Notes under the pieces: generated by a model
Database searches by the model: none
What the model was told of the DNA's origin: nothing
The model's input: only the letters and a program-made list of their open reading frames with translations
In this document: positions 1-11,798 of the stretch, piece after piece
Numbering within the stretch: position 1 is the first letter of the stretch
How the letters are laid out: every line of letters begins with the position of its first letter
Origin: Selaginella moellendorffii
Lineage: Eukaryota > Plantae > Lycopodiophyta
Assembly: GCF_000143415.4 (NCBI RefSeq)
Contig: NW_003314317.1
Location: forward strand, 372,001 to 436,000
DNA length: 64,000 nucleotides
Reading direction: 5' to 3'
Translations under genes and position numbers: made by a program

Positions 1-419
1 GAGTCTGCCCACACGCGAAAAATGTCAAGGAACAAGAAAAAAATGACAGAAACGAGCGAGCTGTACACACCTCAAGGAGGAGGACCTTCAATCCTGTTGC
101 CTGTATGCTTGCCTGCCTGCTTGCCTGTGCTGGAGCGCGTCGCAACCAGGAGAACGCCAACGCTAGAGCTTCCATCGCCGCCAATATAATAGGGCAGGGT
201 TACTATGTAAAAAATCTATTTAGAAGATCGTGAGAGACGAGGAATATTATCGAAGGAATATATGTAAAGAGATTTGCTTGGATCTCAAGCAAGTCGCGAA
301 TCTGAGGATCATCAGCGGCCTTTTTTCAACCAGCATCCCGCGTTTTGTACTGCTTCTGGAAGCGAACCACCCATCCTTCTGATTTATATCTAAGTTATGA
401 AACCATTTCAACTCGCATC

Positions 420-2322
420 CTCTCAAACGTACCTCACCCTTTAAAAGACATTGCGCAGCGCAGATCGTTCAGCTGTGAGTCTTTGTATCCCCACTTACCC
501 TGTATGACAAGTTAGATTAGATCAAGAATATCACTTTTGAAGTGGCTAGTGAGCATTGGAAACCCGTGTTGCGATTATTGTACACAGTAACTCCAGATAG
601 CCTGCAATAAAGAGAAACACGAAATACTTGACTATAGAAACTTCACTGTGGTGTGGCTGGTGGAAAACCTAGAACAAGTTGCATCCTCTCAAATTCCTCT
701 GCACGAGTGTACTTGGGAAATGGAGGGAGCTACGAAGATTCCTTGCCTTTCCATGCACGAGACCTTGGTAGACGTCGCCATTTGCATAGTAAAACGTATT
801 GCTCTTGCCTTGGACCCAATTTCCGTCGTAGAAGATCGTCCATCGACCTTGAAAATGTAGAATCACGACGAGAAGAGAAGAAGGTCGTTACTTCGTTCAT
901 TTCCAGTTGTCCTCCTCCAGAACGTCCTTTATACGAACCACCTTGAAAGCACATCTCCACCGATGGAGGAGTTCGCCCGTTTTCCTGATGAAACTAATAA
1001 CAAATATATGTAAGAACAAACCAAATGGAAACTTACGCAGCTCGTTGCGACAGAGATTGCTCTGGCCTGTTGCGATTTCTGTCTTGGGTCAACTCGGAGG
1101 CCACCCCGTCGATTCCCATCCTTAGAACGCCGGGCAGTCACGGGGGTGCATTTCATCCTTTTGTCTCTCTTGCTCGCAACAATTGGTATTGGGACGTATA
1201 CACCAGAAACCAGATGGGAATCATGTTGAGGGCTACCTGCGATTCGATCTGAGCAGAACCGAATGATAGCAAATGAATGAAGTAGAGAAACGTATCCTAC
1301 CGTTTCTGTATCGAGAATTCAGTAGTTCCATCACCTATAAAAGACAATGGCAATTGTCAGAAACGGGAAGCAATGTCGTAACTTACAGTTATCAGTCTCT
1401 TGTTAGTAATGTCTCGTCAACCTCACATAACTTGCAAAAAAGCCGAGTCATCTTACCGAGAAGAAGTCATCAGCAGCTTTAAGAGTGGAAGAGCAAACAA
1501 GACCGAAACAGTAAAACTGACAGCTTATTAAGAAAGACTTACTTTCGCCAGCGTATGCTGAAGCCTCCTACCAAGCTTTCAAAACTTCATCACCGATATA
1601 TAAAAGACACTTCGCTTCTAATATTGTGGCTTTGACACTTGTAAATATTTGAGACTTAGAAAATTTTGCACCTCGGCCAGTGCGCACAGCCCTGAGTTTG
1701 GCACATACTGCGTCCAAGCCTTGACACAAAGAACAGAAAACACCCTTCAAATGGAAAATTACTCACACAAACATACCAACAAAATCTCAGTTCATGGATT
1801 TTCAATAAGTGGTCCTGCCATTTCGATTCCTGAGCAAAGAAATGTTCTGTAAAAGAGAAATACTTTGTTCCCAAAGGGAAAAAAAAAAAAGGAGAGATCT
1901 GGTTCTAAACTGTCACAACTCGCAAACTCCACAATGTCACCCGCGATGCTAGCTTGGGATTTTTCTCCTTCTCTTGTCTAGAACCAACCACTCTTCTCTC
2001 TAAATACCTTCAAAAGACAGGAACCACGCAATCGCACTCCACTGAGCTGGCTGCAAACACAGCTTTAGCCTTGTCTTTCTTGGGTGCTGCAAGTATAGAC
2101 GTCCATGCCACTACATCCCTCGCAGGTATTTTGAAAAAGATCTGTTTTGCCTCTCGGAGCTTCATTTTTAGGTGTATCCATGGAACATGATATTACAGAA
2201 GACAAAATTTCGATCAAAGCCATGATCAAACATCGCCTTTGCCTAGTCCAGATGCCCGTTTTTACACGGCCGAGAAGCTCACTAGATTCCCTCTTTGTGA
2301 ATATGACAAGCCCATTTTCCAA
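420..2322 (-). pseudogene. Multi-exon gene or pseudogene with degenerate MORN repeats
   Basis: Minus-strand YDGNWVQGK..FYYANGDVYQG..LVHGK (669-866) and GGSYKG (~890-945) resemble MORN repeats with internal deletions. GT-AG bounded exons lie nearby. Boundaries are uncertain. Confidence 0.35.
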
Positions 2323-4212
2323 AAAAGATGGGTAAATTTTTTAACCCTAAATCCTGTGCAAGCAAACCAAAGACCTAGAGGAAGATTTGGGTAGCTTGAT
2401 TGATGAGATTTTCACTATGCTTTTCTCATCAGTTATCCATGCTCCATCATCTCAATCTCTAGATTTGCGTATTCCAGAGAACTCGAATTGACGATAAAGG
2501 AAGAGCACGAAGAAGGGTTCTTAAGTGCGTCGTGAGCTAGTGACAGAGAGTCAAGTCCAACCCCCTCCTACATCAAGAGCTCCCTCTCTAACAACCCGTC
2601 ACCCTTTCACGTCGAGGGCGGGTGTGGAAGATGAAGCGGGCTCTCAAGGACGTGTTGCAGCTGGCCATGGATGGAGCTGGCAGAACAAGTCTTGACGAGG
2701 CTTGACACTTTGTCGAGATCTGCATGGGCAGAGAAGCCCAGCTAGGCCGTTTCAGCTCCCTCAGCCATGCGACGCAAGATTAAACTCACGGCAAGACAAG
2801 GCCCTCTCAGCACACTCTCCTCCTAACTCCTCGTCTTTGAGCATTTCAGCTTCTCAGCCAGCCGCCACAAGACAACAGCTTCTTCAGTCAGCACCTACAC
2901 CCACAACAAGAAGCTCGCGCCCACAACAATTCATCTCAATGGGAAGACACAAGCTACATCGACCACAAGATCTAGACATGGACCAGCTCAAGAAGTTCTG
3001 CTGCAAGTATGGTAACCTCTGCAGTATGGCAAAACAAAAGAAACGAAGAGAAAAGCATTCTTCAAGGATCTCAAGCACTGAGAGAAGGCAGCAGGCCCTA
3101 CCAAGTATGCCGAACTAACTTCAGCGTCCTTCAAGGATCAAGTCCAAGTAGCTCAACTGTTGGACTTCGCCCCAGTTCCAATTGCGGAGTCAGCCAGCAA
3201 CACCTTGGATGCTGAGAACTTGGCGTTACCATGATGTGGGCAATGGGAACTGAGTCAAGACCCAAGGCCTCCTAAGCAAGACAATTTCCCCTCCGAAGCA
3301 AAGGAAGAAGTCAGAATTACATCAAGAGCCAAAACATGACGAATACCCAAGCAGAGAAAGAAGTCGTCACAGACAGACAAGCAAGAAAGCCACGTGGTCG
3401 AACCACTCGACCTCTCAAAGCCGAGCGTCGTCCGTTCAGCACAATCCACCGTAGTCAATGGTCTTAAGCTTCTAAACAAAGGCCCAGTCAATACAAGAAT
3501 AATGGAAAGCAATGTTGCATAGCCAAGAATAAGTCATCAATTCCAAATCAAGATATACTCTTCGCATCTTGTGCAGCTTGGGAACTGACAAGGTCAAGTG
3601 CTCATCAGCGAAGATCACTATTACAATCAAGCAAGACACCAAGCAAAGTGCATGACACCAAGCTCTTCAGAAGTTGTAGACTTCACCTTGCTCTTGGTCT
3701 TCCTAGCTTTTCTTAGTTCAATGCTCTTGGCCTCTCCTTGTTCCATAGCTTCTCTTGGCAATAATCTTGGCTGGATCTTGGCTAATTATTGGCTTGAAAG
3801 ATGAGTTGCTATGTTCTCTCTCTCCCTTTTTTATGTTCTTGGCACTGCTGGCTCGATCAATCGGTGGGGACGAATCTAAGATCACACAAACCCTTGCATG
3901 ATGCATCCATCAATTTTATGCTTAGACTATCAAAACAGCAGCATATAGATAGATAAATAGATAGAGTAAACATACTGCCAACCTCGTGCATGGATCACGT
4001 TCAGTGGTTTCAGAAAAAATGGGTTTGCATGCAAGTTTAGGATTGCTCGCTCGGCTTGCAGCGTGCCAACAATGCTCACATGGAGCCCAGGCCCAAGGTG
4101 TGTTTGTGCAAATTGTGTTTCTCAAGGCAGCAAGAGGATTTGGATTTTTCTCACACGCCTTTGGGCCTTGGTCAAAATTTAATCAGACAATTCGGGATGC
4201 TTTCTGAACACT

Positions 4213-4961
4213 GTGGTGCGGAGGCTAGACCTTCGATTATGTCGCGTGTGGGATCAAGCCTGCAAGGCCACGGAGGTCGACATGTTCATCGCCAGAGTCG
4301 AGGTGATCGATGACTGTTATGATCCCTATCCCCTCTACACTGTAGAGGGCCCCTATGGTGGCATCACTTACGCCGACCTCCGCTCTGGCGTGGATAGCTT
4401 GGATGAGAAAACGCACCGAGATCTCGTGAAAGCAGTACGCGGTAATGTCAAGCGGGACGTCAAGCGGCAGATGCAAATGCCCAAGTTTAGCAATTCGCTG
4501 GCGGAGCTCATCCGGAGATCATCGTGGAAACCCAAGTTCACACCGTCCAATGTGATTTTCAAATCCACTCCAGGTGCTAGAGAGTTTAAGGAGCGAATGG
4601 CCTGCTGGGCGGAGCAGGAGGGAACTTCAAGGGAAGTGATGCTGCGGTTTGAAGCCCGGGTGGTTGAGGAGCTCGAGGACGACATGCTGTGCAGCAAGCT
4701 GCTGCAGGAGAGGCCAGGGGAAATGGATTTCTCGGCGAACAGCTGCTACGAGCCCGACGTGTATAACCAGCTGGTGGAGTGGATCGAGGGAAGGAGTACC
4801 ATCGCGAGATTGAGATTAAAGATTACAAGGTTTGGGAACCGGATTGCTGCGTGAATCTCTTCAGGTTTGAGGTGGCGTACATTGAGCAGCTGCGGCGGGA
4901 TTACAAGGCGCGGGAGGGAGCCAGGAGATCGTGGCGAGGAGGTGTGAGCCCATTGATTTGA
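4213..4961 (+). pseudogene. Lineage-specific ORF with F-box-like N-terminus, probably frameshifted
   Basis: 213-aa ORF without ATG, beginning with an F-box-end-like RLDLRLCRVW; an overlapping ORF 4779-4961 suggests a frameshift. Confidence 0.3.
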
Positions 4962-5149
4962 GGAAGAGAGAGGGATGTTTAGACACATGAGGAGTAGCCG
5001 CCGCCAGTTATATGCTGATGGACTTTCTCTACCGGATCAGTAGAGATGATCGGCGATTTGTTGAGCGCATTTTTGGTCAAGAGCAGTTTCGAACACACGC
5101 GCTAGAAGCTATAAAATTTCTCGCCTGGAGGTGAAGAAGCACACAAGTA

Positions 5150-5775
5150 GTGTGTTCCTCCATGCTTGGGAGGGACTGTATAAGTGCTTGTTGCTAGATG
5201 ACTTGAGCTTGGATTGTGACCTCAAGAATTCATTGCTAATGTGGTGCATGATCACTACGCCTGGGCCGTTGTAAGCAATGACCAATCTCCATTTGAGAAA
5301 TGTGTCTTGCTGATCCTCTTTCTGGATTTTGCAATTGGAGCAAGAGAAGACACTATACCTGCTGCAGATCATGGCTCAATGGAGCTGGAGCCCGCATTGG
5401 AGTCCCATCTCACGAAGCTCTACAAAGATCCCCTGTCAAGTCGATCATCCAAGATCCTTTGTGGATCAAATCACAGGTAACTTCAAACACTCATGAGTTC
5501 TTATGGTAGATTTGTTTGTTTCTTTGGCGGGAAGTCCGATGCAGCTTGCCTTTGATCATGTTTTTTGACATGCAGCTTGCCTTTGATCATGTTTTTTGAC
5601 AGCCAGCGGCACCGAAGGGACGGAGGAAGCGCCCCCTAACACAGTAAACGTAGCGTTGCTCAAGCCAACAAAGTGGTATAAACTCATGGAATGGAGTAAT
5701 AGGGAGTGGAAGCAGCTCTTGGTCGAGGAAGATGGAGAAAAGCATAGTGATTTTGTTAACGTCAAGCTTGTTTAA
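5150..5775 (+). pseudogene. Relic paralogous to the F-box pseudogene at 7019-7960
   Basis: 5653-5770 (LLKPTKWYKLMEWSNREWKQLLVEEDGEK) is near-identical to 7826-7942. Confidence 0.5.
5539..5600. repeat. Perfect 31-bp tandem duplication
   Basis: atgcagcttgcctttgatcatgttttttgac x2. Confidence 0.95.
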
Positions 5776-5842
5776 TCCAAACAAAAATGCATGAAAATCA
5801 TCTTCATCTCCCTACCTGCTATACTGGAACAAATATTAGATT

Positions 5843-6947
5843 CTAGTGCTTGTAGTGGAGCACCACTGTCCGCAGCTCCGTGTTGGAGAAGCTACAACAC
5901 AAAGAGATCCATTGTTCGTCACAAAGCCGATGAAATCTCATTCTACCTGGAACGCTTCCGACACTCGAGTTTTGGCTCGCCATCTCCGTCTTGAGCGCCA
6001 ACGAGCCTGCTCAGAAAGAAGGAATGGGAGACGACTGCGATCTTCTTCTCCTTGCGAGCAGCCAGCCTGCATGAACTGGACGAGATGAAAATCGAAGCGA
6101 GCCATGCATACCATTGGAGCAACGCTCGCCGTCTAGCATCCAGCGACGCTTTCGACTCTGGCAGCGTCGGGCTCCATAGCGAGTCCTCCTCGTCCATGAT
6201 CTGTGAAGAAAAATGTGGTCTTGGATAGAACACGCGCAAGGCACGAACCTGCGAGAAATCCACTGCCGGAAACTGCTGCTTGCACCTGCTGATGGAGCTC
6301 CTCTTGTCACAGGGATAAACACTCTGTGTGATCGATCGGGCATGTCAAGAAGAGGCAAGATCAAGTAGCATTACCGTGTGCTCCCTGCAAAGCTCGAGGG
6401 CGATGAAAGGCGGGCAGCCGACGCTAGAAACCGCAGCTCCGGGGCATGCTCCAACACCATCGGCCATGAGCGGGGGGAGCTCCTCGCCAGGCTTGCGCTC
6501 GCCACCGCCAAACACACCAGCAGCGGTTTGCAAAGTCCTGGCCGCGATAAATCCCAGATCCCCCATCAGTGTCATAACTGAGACTCTGTGGCACACCTTG
6601 TCATGGGCGAAACGACGACGAGGTCGACTCCACCGTGGACGTTTCGCTCCCGGAGCTCCTTTACCTGCAAAGCAAGAAGCATTTCATTCATGGAGACGAA
6701 GAAGAAGAAGAAGAACTCTGCCTGTTTCCACCCCGTGGGTGTCAAGCTCGCGTCTTCAATGCCGAAGCAATTCCATCGCTCCAGGAGCTGCCATCGCGGC
6801 ACCACCATGCGCAGCGCAAGGCTGAATACCGTCCCGGCATAGCCGACGTTGTGGTGGCCTTGCGCATGCCGAACCTTTGGCAAACAGTGAGTAACGAAGC
6901 CACACAGGAGATCTTACCAGGTAGAGGATCTTCTTGTCATCGTCCAT
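5843..6947 (-). CDS. Phosphoglycerate mutase-like protein (histidine phosphatase superfamily), spliced
   Basis: MDDDKKILYL|VRHAQGHHNV, DASLTPTGWKQ, DLVVVSPMTR-TLQTA, FIALELCRE, YPCDKR, IAVVSHSFFL, FSNTELRTVV..YKH* are joined by GT-AG introns. Confidence 0.85.
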
Positions 6948-7018
6948 GGAGTTTGTAAAACCCTAGGCAAGATCATAGACCTAAATTCGTCAACCCGTAA
7001 AGGGAAGTTATCTGTATA

Positions 7019-7960
7019 ATGGAGGCTATTCCTCAAAGATATTTTACTGGAGGATTTTGGCAGAGTGTTGGTTTTGGGCAGCATGCGTGCACAGGTGTCT
7101 AAACTCATGCTTTTGGCAAGTCCAGTCGAGTGCAACTTTTAGTCAAACAATCTCTCTAGCTCCTCGATGTATAATTGATCTCTATTCGCGTGGAAAGATC
7201 CAGCTCTGCTTTATTCTGCACGACAACAACCTCGCTTGCTTCTTGTTTGCGAGTTGGCAGGATTTCAAGGCGATACAGACGGTGTTTATGTGCGATGCAA
7301 GCAGTAAGCTTTGAATCCGACGGAAACATTGCCAATGCTGGAATGGCCATAGTGATTGACAAGAGTGACGTGAAACAATACAAGCTTCTCTTATGGGGCT
7401 TTCATCATGGAACGTCTTCGACTCGAGCATCCGTCGGTGGATAGCCGATGTGAACAGCCCTTACGTGAACAGCCCAGTTTCTGATGGGGGTGACTGGTAT
7501 GGGTTGAAATCTAAGCTGGTGGTCAAGTACGACGGCAAGAAGATGAGAAGTACAAGACCATTGTGAAGCTTGGCCGTGCTGTTACTGGGAAGTTTCGAGC
7601 ACCTACAGAGATCAGGCTTGAGAAGTGGCAGGATGGGTTCACTGTTGCTCGCTATGATCCCACGCTCGGGCTCCTCCGGCTTTAGGAAGTAGTGGAAGGA
7701 GATTGCATGCTTGAGAGGAATTGATGATCCACAAGTTTGTGATCCCGAGGTTTATGATCCATGGTTGAGACGAGCTGATAATCCGGAAGTTACTACAACA
7801 GTGCAGTTTAGCATCAAGGCTAGGACGTTGCTCAAGCCAACAAAGTGGTACAAACTCATGGAATGGAGTAATGGGGAGTGGAAGCAGCTCTTGGTCGAGG
7901 AAGATGGAGAAAAATATACTGATCTTGTCAACGTCCAGCTTGGTACAAAAACGTTTTTTT
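7019..7960 (+). pseudogene. Degenerate F-box gene
   Basis: ATG at 7019 gives MEAIP..DILLE..ILAE across frameshifts (F-box-like); downstream frames are broken by stops. Confidence 0.45.
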
Positions 7961-7973
7961 TTATCTCTAGTCT

Positions 7974-10053
7974 TCATCGCCTGCTTCTCTTCCTATCGTC
8001 GTCCCTGTAAGATCTTTCCCGGTGATGATCTTCTCTTCTTTCGCGCCATTCATCGTCCCTTCGCCTGTGCTCCCTGTCGTCGTCCCTGTGCCTCCTTTTA
8101 TCCCTGTCCCGATCTCTATCTCTATCATCCTTGCGATCTCTGTCTCGCTCGTCCTTGCGACCTCTATCTCTGTCCGAGGATCGCTCATGTCGATCATGCC
8201 GCTCGTCCCTTGAGCTCCGTTGTCTCTCCTCCACCTGGCTCCGAGATCTTGGCGACCTTGAAACATCTTCTCTTTTCTTTGCATTGTCATTCTTGTCCGT
8301 CTCGGTCTCATCGAAAACCATCTCGTATCTGCGAGGATGAGTTATTAGAACACTGATGCTGTGAAACCAGGCCAAGACAAACCTCTTTCCTGTGCCCCCA
8401 CGCTGCCCGTCGGTGACTTTCAACTCATACTTCGGCCTCTGGCTCAAGCCATCAACAGCTGAAAATAACAACACAAGTCAGTTTCAAGTTCCACATAAAA
8501 AATGTGTCACACAAGTACCTTGCTTGTCGTCCTGGGCGCCAAACTTGTGGTACCGGTTCCACAGTTTTGACACACTCTGACTGAAGTCCACATGTATTCT
8601 TCGGTCATCGATTAATACGTTGTCCATTTTGAAGTATGCAGCTTCGCAGGATTCTCTGGCCTCAAACTCTGCACAAGAGATTAAATTGGAATGCTCTCGG
8701 ATGCTGGAAAGCGACGTACCAACAAAGCCGTAGCAAAGGCTATCTCCCGTTTTGTGGTCCCGAATAATATCTGCCCTGTCCATTCAATACGTAAGAGAAG
8801 CTCAGCCAAAGAAGCGAGAGTACAATCACTTACGAAATGACCTTCCCAAAACGCTGAAATATCACCTCAAGATCTTCATCCTGAAACGTCAAAGGTTAAG
8901 GCCAAATGATGCGTACTGATCAAACCAACCTGAGTGGTAGGATTTAATTTGCATACGAAGAGCACATTGTCTGGAGGTCTTACTTCAGCATCCGGAATGT
9001 CTCCCACCTACAAACGGTAGCTTGAGCACAACAGGTCGCAAGAATGACAAAAGCAAGCTCACCATTTCCAGGACAACTGCTCGCGTGTGTGCCTCCCGCG
9101 ACCGAACGTTCTTCTCCACTTCTTCCGCGTCATGCAACTCCTCCAGCGGAACCCAGTCATCCTCCAGCCTCACGTCAATACCCTGAAATCCAGTGTTAGA
9201 AACGTAAAACGAGTATTTCGATCTTCGAAAACCTCTTCTGGTTTCAGCTCAGGCGATCCGTCTGGAATCAACTCAGCGAGCTCGGGAGGGTCATCGAAGG
9301 GATCATCCAAAATGCTCGTGTGCTTTATGCTGTCAAGAAGGTACTTAGAACCGACGCCCAAGAAGAAGGGAGATACTTACCGTATGTTTTTGTAAGGCCG
9401 ATGGTTGTCATCGACATAAGCTTCATTTATCCTCGTCAGAGTTTCAAAACCTTCCGCAACCTCCCCAAAAATCTGATTCAAAGTAATAAGCATCAACGAA
9501 CTCGAAACTAGAAGACGCTTACCGTATGCTTTTCGTCAAGGTAGTCAAGGCCGTCCCGGAGGGTGATATAGAACTAAAAAAGAGGAGAACATGAGACGAA
9601 ATCTGACACAAAGAGAGAATAAACAAACCTGGGAAGCATTTTGGCCTTCTCCAGCACTAGCCATAGCCACGACCCCGACCTTGTCGTGTTTAAGCCGCTG
9701 GTTGATCTCATCCTCGAAGAATCGCGCTTGATCGCCATACAAAAACCTGGAACGCATCATCAAGAGAGGAAAAAAAAAAAAGAAGAACTGAGCTTACTTG
9801 TAGATTGAGTCTCCTCCCCGACCAGTTCCCGTGGGATCACCAGTCTGAGCAATGAAATCCTTTTGAACCGAGTGGAAGAGGCAGTTGTTGTAGTATTTGA
9901 TCCTGAATCAAACAAACCCAACAATGAGAACTTACTTGCGAGGCCGGCAACTTACTTGCAAAGCTTGAGGAAGTTCTTGCACGTAGTTGGGCAGCTCTCG
10001 GCGTGAAGATCAATGACTATATCCCCCACGCTCGTGCTGAGAAGCACAGCCAT
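7974..10053 (-). CDS. CYP59: Peptidyl-prolyl cis-trans isomerase CYP59 / PPIL4 (cyclophilin + RRM + Arg/Asp-rich tail), spliced
   Basis: [90 protein letters not shown], then an RD/RE-rich C-terminus. Confidence 0.95.
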
Positions 10054-10090
10054 CGCCGCGAAGAACCCTAAATCTCCAGAGGAGGAATAT

Positions 10091-10285
10091 CCTAAAACAT
10101 ATGCCCTTTTTTTGGAGATGTTCCTTTTTCTTGCCGCGAAGAATGCGACCGAGGATTCTTCGGTTTGTGTAGCTTAGATGCAAGCTACACCGCTCTCGAA
10201 AATGGATTCTCCAATGGCTAGCAGCCGGATACAGGCAGGGGTGTGGAATCGATGGATAGCCCAGGAATTTCATTTTGGAGGCCAC
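10091..10285 (+). pseudogene. Eroded copy of the promoter/5' end of the BT1 transporter gene (18220-18600)
   Basis: Shares ccgcgaagaatgcgaccgaggattc, gtttgtgtag.ttagatgcaag and gcagccggata.aggc.g.ggtgtggaatcg with 18415-18565. Confidence 0.85.
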
Positions 10286-10687
10286 ATTGCTCCCCGTTCT
10301 TAACATGAGCGACCGCGGCTGAAACTATCTCGGATCAAGCTGGAAATGAGAGGCGACCAGGACGGGTTCTCAACCCCAACAACAACACTCCTGGAACAGC
10401 TCATATATGTCAAGTTGGAGGTGAGAGGCAACCAGGACTGGTTCAGCATTCACGTTCTCTCCACACAAAAAGGAGAGCACACTGTTATACTTGGCACTCG
10501 AGCTCCAAATTCTAGACATTGTCAACTAGTAGCCACATGACAGGAAATCTTTTTGGGGAGCTCATTTTTCTCTACAGGAAGTTTGTATTTCCTCCTTTGG
10601 TTTGAAATCTGGGACATTATGTTTTATATTATAAAGATATATATGGATATACATATCTTATAAATCTTATAAACAATAAAAATAGTG

Positions 10688-10920
10688 TTGCATGTAACAA
10701 TGTTTGGTTTGCTTAATAATTATTTATTAATTCAATTGATTAAATGGAAGTTTATAGTTATACACATATTTATAATTTATAAACACAAGATTAATCTTTT
10801 TGCATTAGATAGTAGAATAAACTAGAATATACTAGGAAGTGTTTTTAAAAAGTATATAAATACAAGATTAATCTAAATGAATAATAACTGTTAGATGGTA
10901 GAATATCATAGAATATCCAA
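10688..10920 (+). repeat. AT-rich dispersed repeat; empty-site paralog of the sequence flanking the Gypsy element
   Basis: Matches 48766-48879 joined to 53882-54030, with a single AAGA at the junction (aaacacAAGAttaat). Confidence 0.8.
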
Positions 10921-11798
10921 GTGTATTTGAAGTATATTTACAACAGTCTATATTTGCTAAGTAAACCAAAAACATGTCCAAACATAATGTATAATTAAAT
11001 AACTTTGATTTCTATTTTTATGTAGAATTGTCAAAAATAAATAAACAATATACAACTAAATATCTTTAGTTCATGCATTTAAATATTTACAAACTTTATT
11101 TAAAATTCTAAATACTAGTTCTTTTCAACATCTAATCTTCTCTAGTATAAACTGATATAAACTTAGTGTGCAACTAAATATCATAACTTAATGTTCCATG
11201 TTTTCTATTTAAGTTGCTATCACACTTTATTACATATTATATTCTAATATCATAGCAAATGGCAAAAATTCAGTGGGCTTGGGCTGTTGGGGCAGTATTG
11301 CAATGGTCTATGATGCCTCCAATATCATACTTTGGAACAAATTTATAAGTACATCTTCTGTTTTGTTAGACATTCAATGATGAAAGAATCACCATGAGTC
11401 TATGACTTAATAGAAGTTGTTAGTCAATAGAGATTTCAAGGGGTATAACATATGTATTTATCAATAAATATATCATAAATATATTGTTATTGTGGATCTT
11501 TGGAACTATAAGGAATAAATGAGGGCTCTATTAATGAGTTTAAGGGGAGAGAGGTAAAGTGTGTTATAAATATCTCCTATCACATAAAGAAGATAGATAG
11601 CTCCTAGCACATAACCTTTATAATTCCCTACTTTACACATATTGCCTGTCACTTACTTCTCACTCACTTGCAACACCCTAGCATGGTTATAATATAATAG
11701 CATGAATAATATGTATAAGAAAGATTATCCTATCATGAACATTTCCACAAGATCATTTTACACAAATTTAAATGGGAATTGACAATTAAGAAACACCT

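Noticed and set aside
2520-3930. 138-aa ORF 2702-3118 and neighbours as a gene or TE
   Set aside because: No recognisable motif, no ATG start and no terminal repeats found; left unannotated.
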